Shown one piece after another: positions 50,726 to 59,918 of a stretch of DNA of 64,000 bases (position 1 is the stretch's first letter; the number at the start of each line of letters is the position of its first letter). Under the pieces are notes generated by a model. The model searched no databases, was not told where the DNA came from, and saw nothing but the letters and a program-made list of their open reading frames with translations. Location of the stretch: NCBI RefSeq assembly GCF_032102605.1, contig NZ_DAMDGT010000002.1, positions 55,113-119,112 on the forward strand, read 5' to 3'. The position numbers and the translations under genes are program-made. The stretch is from Achromobacter sp. (lineage in GTDB: Bacteria > Pseudomonadota > Gammaproteobacteria > Burkholderiales > Burkholderiaceae_B).

Positions 50726-52975
50726 CTACGCGTCTGCCCCTGGAGCAGACTTGGCTGCTTGCTCAAGTACAGCTTTGTGAATGGATGCAAATTGGTGCGC
50801 GACCTTTCTCGCCGAACTACCGTCAGAGTGATACTCCGGCGTGTCTAGCTCTGCACCGTAACGCTCCCGCAGGTTCTCCATGACGAAGTCGGGTGAGATA
50901 CAGGATGCGATGGAATCATAGTTACCTCGTTGCAAAAATGACCGGACTGGCATTCCACTTGCCATCTCCCACCCTTCCCCGACATAGGTGTCGAGGAACA
51001 CATCTATGCTAACTGGGTCGTGCTCGAAGATCCCTCGTAGGTACGCCTCGACCTCATCTTTACCGCGCCCCTTCTGCCAATCCCAATAGAGCCCTGGGGC
51101 GTCCATTGGCGTCGTTAGGAAAAGCGGACCTTCAGCGCTTGCGTCTCGAACTCTGCCGGCGAATAACTCGTAGATGGCATCGTTTGCGTCGTCTGGCAAG
51201 ACGCGATGCGCCTCCGGCTTGTCCGGATAGTGAGTGAGCCATCTAACGCACTCGCTGCCCAAAGCCAACGGCTGCGCAGCTTCGACGACCGCCTTCACCG
51301 CATCGAGCCGGTGCGCCATCGCGATCTGCCTCATTAGTTGAGATACGAGGATAGCCGCTTGCAGGAAGGTGCCCCCCATGACATAGGGCCCACGCTCTCG
51401 CGGAAGCATCTCGCCGTTCCGAACTATCGCGAGCGCCAAAGGAAGTGCTGCGATTTCGTCGACGTCCTCGGCCCGGTCCCGAAGCCTCTCAATCAATCGC
51501 GGCATCGCCCGATCGGAGTATTTGCTCAAGATCGCACGTTGCGCCTCTGGATCACCCGCCGCTAACGAAGCGATTAGATCGGCAATTCCGCTATCGGCAA
51601 TGTCGCCTTCCGGTACCCCGTAAACAAAGTAGCGTTTGAAATAGCGGCTCGAACACAAGCGTTGCTCTGCCGTCCACTGCTTATCCCATTCCGGGCCGTA
51701 CGTCATTGTGTCGACACGCGGGAAAAGCGGTACCAACAGCCGTCGCCTAACAATGTCGCGCTCCTTTGCCGTAGAGAGTGGCATAGCAGCTGCCAGGACC
51801 TCGTCTAAGGGCGACGGCTGGGCTTGCAGTGGGTTACGCACACCGTCGCGGGGCTCGCCTTGTAGGAACATATCTGGCTCGTCCCGTATTGCAATGTATA
51901 GCCGGGGATACAGTAGGCGTAGTCCTTCAATCAACATGAACTCGGCAATGTTCACCTCGCCCTTTACAAGGGGCAGCGAAAACATGAGAGCGTTGATGTA
52001 CTGTTTTGCAAGCCGCGGCGTTTCTAGTTTCGGCTCCAGACCGTCCACAAACGGGCGCATGAACTTGTCAACTTGCGCCTGGTCGATTGATATGTCGGCT
52101 TGCTGTAAAGCGCGGTCCACCCCTTCGAGGGTTATCTTTCGAAGACTTAGGCGGTCGGCCGGCGGCAAGTGCAGAGGTACTTGAATGATCTTCTCAAGGA
52201 ATGCACGACCTGCCTCGGCGCCCCCCGCTCCATACCGTTCACCGAGCGCAGCGGAAACCACCTCGTCATCAAACGCCAGCACGTAACATGTGTACTTAAA
52301 GCTAGCCGACAACTTGACCAGCTTGAAGATCGCGTGTGTCTCGTTCCTGTCCAGGCGATCGATGTCATCAATGAGAATGACGAGCCTTTTGCCGCTTTGG
52401 AGTAGCAACTCATCGATCTCGTCCTTTACCTCATCAAGGCCATCCTTCGATAAGGCCTCTCCGAGATTCTTAGCAGCTTCTCCAGGGTTGATCTCCACGC
52501 CCGGCACCGCTACCGATACCACCGACAGAAGTCCGCCGTACTTTCCCAATAGCGCAGCCGCCCGCTTTCTGAATGCGGGCTCCTTGCCCAGCCCTTTGGC
52601 CAGGGTCGCGAAGAAACCACGCAGGAGCGCATCCTCGGACGGAAAGTGCCATGGGTTGAATCGTACTGCTATGGAGTTCTCATGAAGACCAAGCGACTCC
52701 TCCATCATTTTGAGGACCGATGTTTTACCGTCTCCCCATGGCCCGTAGAGACCTATAACTACGCTTGAGGGATCTTCCCGTTTCGCTATGGTGTCTGCGA
52801 TTCTGGCAGCGAATGTCGCGCGCCCAAACCGATCCTGCGTCTTCGTCGCTATGGGATCGTCGGACACATATAGACTTCCGGTTTGCTCCTCAACCGTTCG
52901 CTGCGTCGAAGTAGCGTCGTTCCGACTGGGCGGGGACGCTGCTTTTCGTCTAAAACAGTTTTTAAACCAACCCAT
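50726..52975 (-). CDS. KAP-family P-loop NTPase
   Basis: Walker A IGLYGPWGDGKTSVL and Walker B/KAP signature LVILIDDIDRLD, with a long helical C-terminal region. 749 aa; no obvious TM insert. Confidence 0.8.
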   Translation of the reverse strand: MGWFKNCFRRKAASPPSRNDATSTQRTVEEQTGSLYVSDDPIATKTQDRFGRATFAARIADTIAKREDPSSVVIGLYGPWGDGKTSVLKMMEESLGLHENSIAVRFNPWHFPSEDALLRGFFATLAKGLGKEPAFRKRAAALLGKYGGLLSVVSVAVPGVEINPGEAAKNLGEALSKDGLDEVKDEIDELLLQSGKRLVILIDDIDRLDRNETHAIFKLVKLSASFKYTCYVLAFDDEVVSAALGERYGAGGAEAGRAFLEKIIQVPLHLPPADRLSLRKITLEGVDRALQQADISIDQAQVDKFMRPFVDGLEPKLETPRLAKQYINALMFSLPLVKGEVNIAEFMLIEGLRLLYPRLYIAIRDEPDMFLQGEPRDGVRNPLQAQPSPLDEVLAAAMPLSTAKERDIVRRRLLVPLFPRVDTMTYGPEWDKQWTAEQRLCSSRYFKRYFVYGVPEGDIADSGIADLIASLAAGDPEAQRAILSKYSDRAMPRLIERLRDRAEDVDEIAALPLALAIVRNGEMLPRERGPYVMGGTFLQAAILVSQLMRQIAMAHRLDAVKAVVEAAQPLALGSECVRWLTHYPDKPEAHRVLPDDANDAIYELFAGRVRDASAEGPLFLTTPMDAPGLYWDWQKGRGKDEVEAYLRGIFEHDPVSIDVFLDTYVGEGWEMASGMPVRSFLQRGNYDSIASCISPDFVMENLRERYGAELDTPEYHSDGSSARKVAHQFASIHKAVLEQAAKSAPGADA

Positions 52976-53045
52976 AGCGAGCTCCAGTTGCCCGACGCTC
53001 TCCGGCCGCGGGCATGTTTAGTCGACGTCGACGTTCGGCACCGCG

Positions 53046-53639
53046 CTAAGCTGCGCAAGCATGCGGATCGAGCCTCGTGCCACTTATCGCGGGCAAAGAT
53101 TCACCCAGGGCCGAAGCAACATCCACATACAGCTGAACGATGGCATGGTGAAAGGCTGTACCGCGCTCCACCTTGCCCTCCATCACTTCCACATCGAGCT
53201 CTGCAAACGGGGTGTCTTTGTTACTCACAACGAACGCGCGGATCCTCTTCTCCATGTCTCCCGCGTCGACCTTCCCCCGGCTTCCAACGACCTCCAGCAG
53301 ACGAGATAGCTGACGGGGCGCCTCCACACCATAGGTATGCGCGATCTGGTTGCGGCAATCGTTCAGGGTGCGCAGCGCCGACCAAGGATATGCATTCCGT
53401 CGGAAACAGAATTGTTTGACTAGCATGTCAAGCTTGTCGCTAAAACCCTTGCGATAGAGCTTCCTTTGGTGCACCTTCCTCAACAGCGCGTGCGCCATCA
53501 GACTTTCAATGAAAAGGTGCGCCAGTAGAATTGGGCCGACCGAAGACGGCCGCTCCATTAGGAACAAGTCTCTCGCCCGCCGAACATTAAGGGCGGAGAG
53601 TTCCCTCGGGCTGCGTTGTACGGATTCTGGTTTTTGCAT
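53046..53639 (-). CDS. HEPN-like protein (Rx4H motif RNQIAH)
   Basis: 197 aa, all-helical appearance. N-terminal helix LFIESLMAHAL, and LNDCRNQIAH encoded at 53337..53354. Confidence 0.55.
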   Translation of the reverse strand: MQKPESVQRSPRELSALNVRRARDLFLMERPSSVGPILLAHLFIESLMAHALLRKVHQRKLYRKGFSDKLDMLVKQFCFRRNAYPWSALRTLNDCRNQIAHTYGVEAPRQLSRLLEVVGSRGKVDAGDMEKRIRAFVVSNKDTPFAELDVEVMEGKVERGTAFHHAIVQLYVDVASALGESLPAISGTRLDPHACAA

Positions 53640-53844
53640 GTCGAACTCTGATATATCGGGATACTAGAATACAAAAAATATCAAGTTGATACAATTCATC
53701 ACTGCCCGCTTGGGCATTGGTCTTGTCTTCCGTAGGGACTACGAACTCTCCGCCTTGCAAGTCAATCACTCTTAACAAGACCGTAACAATGCTGGGGCTC
53801 TTCGTTTAAACGCCCGGTTCAGCAGCTACCCATAACCGCTCCGT

Positions 53845-54384
53845 TTAGTCCGGGTCCGGGAACTCCAGGTGCATCCCAGTGACAAGGCATTTCACATAGT
53901 CAACCTCATCTTGCAGGGCCTTCGGGAAGTTTGCGGCGAACCTCATGAGTTCTGCGGAAACAGCATCTGCCTCGTCTGCAAATTTCTGAACATCCTTCAG
54001 CTCGTATGCCGTATCTTTCTGCTGGTGAAGAATCGTCGAGCTAACGTAGGCATCCGGTCCGTGTCCAAATGCTTGTATAAAAAGGGGATTGTGCGCAATT
54101 GCGTTTCGATTGCTCATAACGGGCCAGTACTTTCGCTTCTGCTCTTTCAGGCCCTTAGAAAGAGTGTCAGATAGGTGGTTTTTTGATATCTCAGATATTC
54201 GCCCAACGCGTAGAGAAAACTCCTCCTTGCGCCAAATCTCGATGTCTTCGGGTGCCAAAACTGCCAAAAGCTCGTTAACAGACCTCTCGATGCTTGCGGC
54301 TGCCAGGATCAGGCGCCCCACGGGATTTATCCACTGGTCTTGTTCGGACTTCGCCAAGGCCATGAACTCTTCGGACGACATCAT
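53845..54384 (-). CDS. HEPN-like protein (Rx4H motif RNAIAH), visibly lower-GC gene
   Basis: 179 aa. N-terminal helix AAASIERSVNELL, and MSNRNAIAH encoded at 54091..54108. AAGGA RBS before the ATG. Confidence 0.55.
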   Translation of the reverse strand: MMSSEEFMALAKSEQDQWINPVGRLILAAASIERSVNELLAVLAPEDIEIWRKEEFSLRVGRISEISKNHLSDTLSKGLKEQKRKYWPVMSNRNAIAHNPLFIQAFGHGPDAYVSSTILHQQKDTAYELKDVQKFADEADAVSAELMRFAANFPKALQDEVDYVKCLVTGMHLEFPDPD

Positions 54385-54646
54385 GTTTTCTATCCTTTTT
54401 ATGGGTAATTGCGCTCGAGATGGACGACATCAGCGCGCCGTCATGGGACACGAGATGATCGGGGATGATAACCGGATGCCCACCCGCAAAAGTGAAGTCC
54501 ACGTGAGGGAAAATTCCACACTTATGCGCGCCGTAAATTGTTGCCACCTGGAGGATCTTGGCTGGCCCGGTTTCTGTGTCAAACCAGACTCCTTATAGAA
54601 TCCACCCCGTGTCACAAGACATTTAGAGAGAGGTAGGGGAATTTTC

Positions 54647-55129
54647 ATGCGCAAGATCGACATCAACAGTCGAGAGTATCAATGCTGGCACGAGTTAGGG
54701 CACGCCGTGGTCTGCATACACCTGGGAGGAACCGTTGATCTGGTCGAATTTCTGAACGACCAGCCCCACGCCCAGGGCATGGCACGCGCCAGGTGCAATA
54801 CGAACGAAGAAATTCGTTCTCACGTCCTCTGTGGCGGTTTCGCCGCGGAATTATTCTTGCTTCGAAATCAATTTTTGCCGTCGATTTCGGAGAAGGAAAT
54901 CGCTCAGATCATATTTAAGAACGCGACCAAAGACCGCGAAATGTACTGGCGCCGGGAACTTCAGCCTGATGAACAATTCACCCGCGAGGAAGATGAAATA
55001 TTTATGAATCACGCCACAGCAGTGATGCGGATAGTGGGGACGTACAAGAGCGCGATTCAAACTCTCGTGCCGGGATTGTTGGAAGCAGGAAGACTCGATG
55101 GAAAGTGCATCCAAGATGCGATGGGCTGA
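54647..55129 (+). CDS. Stand-alone FtsH/M41-like zinc metallopeptidase domain protein
   Basis: CWHELGHAVVCIHLGG (HExxH encoded at 54689..54703) followed by LCGGFAAELFLL, paralleling the M41 HEAGHA...GGRAAEE pattern. 160 aa, no ATPase domain. Confidence 0.5.
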   Translation: MRKIDINSREYQCWHELGHAVVCIHLGGTVDLVEFLNDQPHAQGMARARCNTNEEIRSHVLCGGFAAELFLLRNQFLPSISEKEIAQIIFKNATKDREMYWRRELQPDEQFTREEDEIFMNHATAVMRIVGTYKSAIQTLVPGLLEAGRLDGKCIQDAMG

Positions 55130-55170
55130 ATGCCCAAGTCATTTCGCGACGAGCCGGCCCTCCACGTAGG

Positions 55171-55209
55171 GAAGAAAAAAAGCCCGCCCTTCCAAAAGAA
55201 AGGCGGGCT
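55171..55209 (-). terminator. Rho-independent terminator after ssb
   Basis: AGCCCGCC / GGCGGGCT stem with an A-rich run on the plus strand (T run on minus). Confidence 0.7.
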
Positions 55210-55239
55210 TTAACCAACAAAAAGTTGGCTTAGTAGGTT

Positions 55240-55707
55240 TTAGAACGGAATGTCATCATCCATATCTGCGAGCGAGGAGCCGGCGGCCTGTTGCTGCGTG
55301 GCGGGGCGCGCATTGCGTTGTTGCGCCGGTGCGGGGCTGGGTTGCTCGTCGCCCCCGCTTTCGCCACCCCCACGTCCGCCCAGCATCTGCATCTGGTCTC
55401 CGACGACCTCAGTGCTGTACCTGTCCGCCCCCGTGTCCTTGTCCTGCCATTTCCGCGTCTTGAGTCGGCCCTCAATGTAGACCTGACGGCCCTTCTTGAG
55501 ATACTCGCCTGCGACCTCAGCGAGGCGGTTGTACAGAACGACTCGATGCCACTCCGTCTCCTCGCGGCGTTCCCCGGAGGACTTGTCTTTCCACTGCGAC
55601 GTCGTGGCGATAGACAGATTGCAGATTGCGGCGCCGTCCGGCGAGTAGCGCACCTCGGGATCTCGTCCCAAGTTCCCAACCAAAATCACTTTGTTGACCG
55701 ATGCCAT
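55240..55707 (-). CDS. ssb: Single-stranded DNA-binding protein
   Basis: [21 protein letters not shown]...[32 protein letters not shown], a Gly/Gln-rich linker, and the C-terminal DDDIPF tip. Confidence 0.95.
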   Translation of the reverse strand: MASVNKVILVGNLGRDPEVRYSPDGAAICNLSIATTSQWKDKSSGERREETEWHRVVLYNRLAEVAGEYLKKGRQVYIEGRLKTRKWQDKDTGADRYSTEVVGDQMQMLGGRGGGESGGDEQPSPAPAQQRNARPATQQQAAGSSLADMDDDIPF

Positions 55708-55819
55708 TTTGATTTCTCCTTCGGGAAATGACAGATTTCGCTAGATCGGCAGGGCGGAAGAGCCTTGTCTTATCCGATCAACGGTAGGTAGACGACATCC
55801 ACCGGTGGCAGGTAGCGGA

Positions 55820-57100
55820 CTAAGTGGCAAGGTGGCGGATATGCGAATGCCGCCCCAGCACCGCTGGAATGATGGTCAACAGGCGGGCCGACTTCGGCTC
55901 AATGATGGCAACGTTGTTGTCGTTGCCGCTGACCGCCAGCAACGCGCCTCCCCCAAGGAATGCGCATCCCCGGGGATCCGGCACGCCGAAACGAAGGGAT
56001 GACCGAATCTCCGGCCTGTCCCAGCCATCCCACTTCATCCACAAGGTCTGCGATGCGGCGAATGTCGCGACCGATAGGCCGAGCGAATCGCTCCTCGCAA
56101 AGCTTTGGCCACGTCGCTGCGTCGTTGCCGAGGTTTCGAACTTGGTCCCTACCCCCTTCAAGCGATCGACGCGGTGCACGGGCAGCGGTAACTCGAAGAG
56201 TCCGCTTTCGATCTCTACCGGCAGGAGCGAGGCACTCTCACGGACCTGCGCCAGCGCGGGCGTTACTTGGTCAGCCTGAAAGCACGAGAGCCGCTGAGCT
56301 TGCATCTGCATGACCAGCACCGCTCCCTCTCCATCGGGGCAAAGGTGCGTGGCTACGCCGTCCGTAGGAAGCGCCCAGTTGCTTTCGACCGCCAACGTGT
56401 GTTTGTTGAGGAACGCCACGCTAGGCGCCGCCACATCGAACAGGAGATTGCACGCGCTGCTCGCGAGATCGGCATTCGTCACACGCGGTCGGTCACCATA
56501 GTGGGCAACGGCGATCCAGTCACCGCAATCGACCACGTCATGCGGGCGTATACCGCCCGAGGCAACGCGCGTAATTTCCTTCCCTCTGGCGTCCACATAC
56601 AACAGCCACCCCCCTTCGAGCGGGGCCGTCGTGGATTCAGCTGCGATAAGCGCCCCCGCGCCGTAGGCCAATCCATGGCCGCGGAACGTCACACCAGCAT
56701 ATCGTCGCGACTCCCGGCTCGTGAAGTCGTTCGAGAAGATCTCGACCAACTCCCGGGACTCATGACCGATCGCCAGAATGGTCCCCTCGGGATTGCTCGC
56801 CGGCACAACCAGGTCATGGAGGTTCGGAGAGTCGGACGGAACATACACGGGGGCTTCCCCGTTCACACCGAGCACCGCGATCGCGCCACTCGCGCCGCCG
56901 ACGGCGAGGGGCGGAAGCGGCGCGGTGCTGTAGGAAAGGACACAGATGCGCCCATGCGGCAATCCATCCGCGACGTGGGGCGCAATCTGCGCCGTATTGG
57001 CTCTGCTGAACGCAGGAAGCCCCGCGACTAGTGAAGCGCCGAGCATCTTGCCCATAGCGCGTCGACGACTGAAGTCGGCGGGTCCCTTGCGGCCGCTCAT
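55820..57100 (-). CDS. Tat-signal secreted protein, beta-propeller-like, family not recognised (DUF1513-like?)
   Basis: FSRRRAMGKMLGASLVAGLPAFSRA twin-arginine signal. The rest is beta-rich. 4-nt overlap with the upstream gene. Confidence 0.5.
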   Translation of the reverse strand: MSGRKGPADFSRRRAMGKMLGASLVAGLPAFSRANTAQIAPHVADGLPHGRICVLSYSTAPLPPLAVGGASGAIAVLGVNGEAPVYVPSDSPNLHDLVVPASNPEGTILAIGHESRELVEIFSNDFTSRESRRYAGVTFRGHGLAYGAGALIAAESTTAPLEGGWLLYVDARGKEITRVASGGIRPHDVVDCGDWIAVAHYGDRPRVTNADLASSACNLLFDVAAPSVAFLNKHTLAVESNWALPTDGVATHLCPDGEGAVLVMQMQAQRLSCFQADQVTPALAQVRESASLLPVEIESGLFELPLPVHRVDRLKGVGTKFETSATTQRRGQSFARSDSLGLSVATFAASQTLWMKWDGWDRPEIRSSLRFGVPDPRGCAFLGGGALLAVSGNDNNVAIIEPKSARLLTIIPAVLGRHSHIRHLAT

Positions 57101-57984
57101 GCTTGTTGCTCGGGCGCTTCAGGCATCGTCGACACGAGTTCTCTCGGCAGGTACTCCGTGAGCCAGGGATATAGTCCGGGCTCACCGATCAGGCCAGAGT
57201 CGAAGTCAAGGCGCTCGATGTCTCCGATCGCCTTGATGATAGGCACACGGCGCACGTCCGGTTCTGCGTCTGCGTCCGGCGACGGTGTCGTCTTCACCTT
57301 CACGTACAGTTCACCCATGGCATGAATGGCCAGGGGTCCGTTGCGCTTGGCCTTACGAATGGCCGTGTAAAACGGCCCCGCTTGGCGGCCATAGATGCGT
57401 ATCGGGATGCACTTGTCGGCATTTTCGAATTGCCGCAGCAGCAGCACGAGCTTGTCGCCGGTAGGCTCCTGGGTTTCCGGGTGGGGCTCGCCGCGTTCGA
57501 ACTCCATCGCGTGCACGAAGCCCGCCAGCCGGATGACGTTCGATCGCTTACGCTGGGCGCGATCGATTTTGTACGTGAATGCGTCCTGTCGGCCGGGTTC
57601 GGCACCGGCCGCGTTCAGGATGGCGCCGTTCATCCGCTTCGCATAGTCGCGCAGGTCATCCCCACGCAAGTCGCGGACGCTCGGCGCCTGGAAGTGCAGA
57701 GCCTTCAAGGTGAGGTTGTAATCGCCATCAATGAGGTCGGAGCGTACCAACGCTGTGACGGCGATCACGTCGCCGGGCTTGAAGTACTTCGGCAGACCCA
57801 CGCCCTTGCTCACGTCGAATTCGAACGAGACGCGGTAGTGCGGGCTCTTGTTGGAGATAAGGATCTCGCATCGGCCCGCCTCACGGTCGGCGGAGAAAAG
57901 CTCTCCGACCAACCAGACTGCGTTCATCATCCCGTTCGTGTACGCGAACGAGCGCGGAGATACTGCGGCTTCGGCAGAAAGCAT
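57097..57984 (-). CDS. Hypothetical protein with two OB-fold/SSB-like halves
   Basis: NAVWLVGELFS... and NVIRLAGFVHAMEFE... each resemble the SSB N-terminal strand pattern (N.V.L.G). 295 aa, in an operon with ssb. Confidence 0.4.
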   Translation of the reverse strand: MLSAEAAVSPRSFAYTNGMMNAVWLVGELFSADREAGRCEILISNKSPHYRVSFEFDVSKGVGLPKYFKPGDVIAVTALVRSDLIDGDYNLTLKALHFQAPSVRDLRGDDLRDYAKRMNGAILNAAGAEPGRQDAFTYKIDRAQRKRSNVIRLAGFVHAMEFERGEPHPETQEPTGDKLVLLLRQFENADKCIPIRIYGRQAGPFYTAIRKAKRNGPLAIHAMGELYVKVKTTPSPDADAEPDVRRVPIIKAIGDIERLDFDSGLIGEPGLYPWLTEYLPRELVSTMPEAPEQQA

Positions 57985-58177
57985 GTGGGCTCCTTTCTTT
58001 GCTCGGTTCCAAGGTAGACATTGCGCGGTGCCACAATACGCGCTGTTTTTATTTCATACAATGAGGAACGAACAAAAACGACTTTTAGGGCCCAAAAATT
58101 TGGTTTAGACGCTTGACTGATGCACAATGCGTGTCAATTAGCCTGATGATATTTATTTCATCGATCGGAGACTGCGC

Positions 58178-58819
58178 ATGGCACGCAAGGACCAAAATGC
58201 CCAATTCGAACTACCCGCCTCTTCTGGCACTAAAAGGCCGCAGCGTGGCCGCCCCCGGCGCTCTTCCGCCGACGATCCTCCGCGGTCCACGGGACCGGAC
58301 AATTGGCCAGGGGTACCTCTCGTACAGCGGATCCGCGAAAAGCTCGCAGATCCACGTTGCGAACTCAATCTCACCACCCTCGCTACTCGACTGGGCCTCA
58401 CACAAGGCGCTCTGACTGCGATTCTTACCGGCCAGCGCGCGACCCTTTCTCTCGTCCGCGATAAGGAACGGGGCGCCTGGCTGGCAGCGTGGCTTGGCAT
58501 CCCTCAGTTCTGGCTGCGTGTGCTCGCAGGCGACATCGACCATTCAGAATTGCGGTGTCAGATCGGGTTGGATGAGCAGCTGTGGCTCACCGCCCAGAAA
58601 CTACAGGCCGACCCGAAATGGGTGGGATACGCGCCCCCGTCTAAACAGTACTGGGATTCGCTCCCGCTCGCTCAACGTCTCTTGGTGGTGGAGCTGTACG
58701 AGTGGGGATGCACGATGGAGCGCAAACTCCTGATGGCAGACGCAGGTGTAGCGACCGCCCACCCGGCAAAGACAAGGCAAGGCAAGTCCGACCGCGAGCC
58801 CGTTGTCCAGGAACTGTGA
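58178..58819 (+). CDS. HTH (XRE-like) DNA-binding protein
   Basis: Basic N-terminus, then LNLTTLATRLGLTQGALTAILTGQRA helix-turn-helix. Confidence 0.5.
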   Translation: MARKDQNAQFELPASSGTKRPQRGRPRRSSADDPPRSTGPDNWPGVPLVQRIREKLADPRCELNLTTLATRLGLTQGALTAILTGQRATLSLVRDKERGAWLAAWLGIPQFWLRVLAGDIDHSELRCQIGLDEQLWLTAQKLQADPKWVGYAPPSKQYWDSLPLAQRLLVVELYEWGCTMERKLLMADAGVATAHPAKTRQGKSDREPVVQEL

Positions 58820-58895
58820 GCCCCGCGCGAAAGGCTGTAGGAGGAGACGTCGGGACCGCCCCGCCCTCCTCCTGCGGCGAACGCTGACGTCAAGC

Positions 58896-59918
58896 TCATG
58901 CTAGCGATTGTTGCTCCCCTTGAGCGCCAACGTCGCCGGCGTTTTCCGCCCCCGCAGTCGGCTGTTTGCGCGAACGCTTCTCCATGGCTTCCGTGACTTG
59001 CAAGTGCGTCTCGCGGAATGCTTCAAGCGCCGATTTGCTGATTTTCACCGTGACCAGGTCGGCTTCATCTTCCAGACCCGGAATTTCGGCGGTCTCGCCC
59101 TGCAGGAACCCTTGAAGATACGGCGCGACCTTCGTCATTGCGTCGTAGAGGTTCGGCACGTATCGCGGAGGGACCTTGGGCCCGGTCGAAAGAACCTTGC
59201 GGGTCACCCTCGCTTGACCCATGGAATCCGCGATCTTGAGCCCCTCCAGGAGGCGCTCCTCCGCTTTGTCGCCATGTGACTTGAGGAATTGGACCGCCAC
59301 GGCGGCCGACACCTTGTCCTCGATCACCATCTGTCGGATTCGGCTCGGGGCGCCCATCAGCGAGAGCAAATCGTTGACGTACTGCTCGCTGTAGCCAAAA
59401 CGACGGGCAATTTCGGATACCGACACCTGATATCCGATCATCCGCTTCATCAAAATGCCCAGCTCGTAGGGTGCGAGCGGTGTGCCCTCTTGGGCATTAG
59501 CTTGAGCCACGGTGAGGTCAACCATGGTCGTGCCCTTGGGCAGCACGATCATGGGAATACGCTCGATCTTCGCTCCGTGCTCCCGCGCCCATCCAGTCGC
59601 ATGATATCGGGTATGCCCCTCGGTCAGGTAGAGCACGTCCAGGCCGCCTTCGCGCGCAACATAGCCCTGGACGGGCTTGTCCGGCGCATAGCCGTTGGCG
59701 AGGATCAGGCCACCGATGTACGCGACCCGCTTCCGCCATTTTTCGTTGTTGATGCGGGGCTGCCATCCAGGAATCAGGCGGATCTGCTCATACGGCACAT
59801 TCCAGAGGTCCGAGCTCTTCGCGCCCGCGGCGTCCATGCTCGCTTTCACATTGCCTCGCACGAGTTCGCGATCGACGGTCGTCGGCGGAAGTTGGTCATC
59901 GAGCACTTGGTCATTCAT
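58896..59918 (-). CDS. ParB/Spo0J-like N-terminal domain protein
   Basis: AAGGAGA RBS then ATG at 59918 (MNDQVLDDQ). ParB-N-like core VLYLTEGHTRYHA, followed by the HTH-like segment VSEIARRFGYSEQYVNDLLSL. Confidence 0.65.
   Translation of the reverse strand: MNDQVLDDQLPPTTVDRELVRGNVKASMDAAGAKSSDLWNVPYEQIRLIPGWQPRINNEKWRKRVAYIGGLILANGYAPDKPVQGYVAREGGLDVLYLTEGHTRYHATGWAREHGAKIERIPMIVLPKGTTMVDLTVAQANAQEGTPLAPYELGILMKRMIGYQVSVSEIARRFGYSEQYVNDLLSLMGAPSRIRQMVIEDKVSAAVAVQFLKSHGDKAEERLLEGLKIADSMGQARVTRKVLSTGPKVPPRYVPNLYDAMTKVAPYLQGFLQGETAEIPGLEDEADLVTVKISKSALEAFRETHLQVTEAMEKRSRKQPTAGAENAGDVGAQGEQQSLA

Noticed and set aside
54275-54666. ORFs 54275..54547 and 54430..54666 (-) in the HEPN/peptidase divergent promoter region
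   Set aside because: They overlap the well-supported start (RBS plus ATG) of the HEPN-like gene in another frame and have no RBS of their own. The segment GAHKCGIFPHVDFTFAGGHPVII could be a gene remnant, but this cannot be supported.
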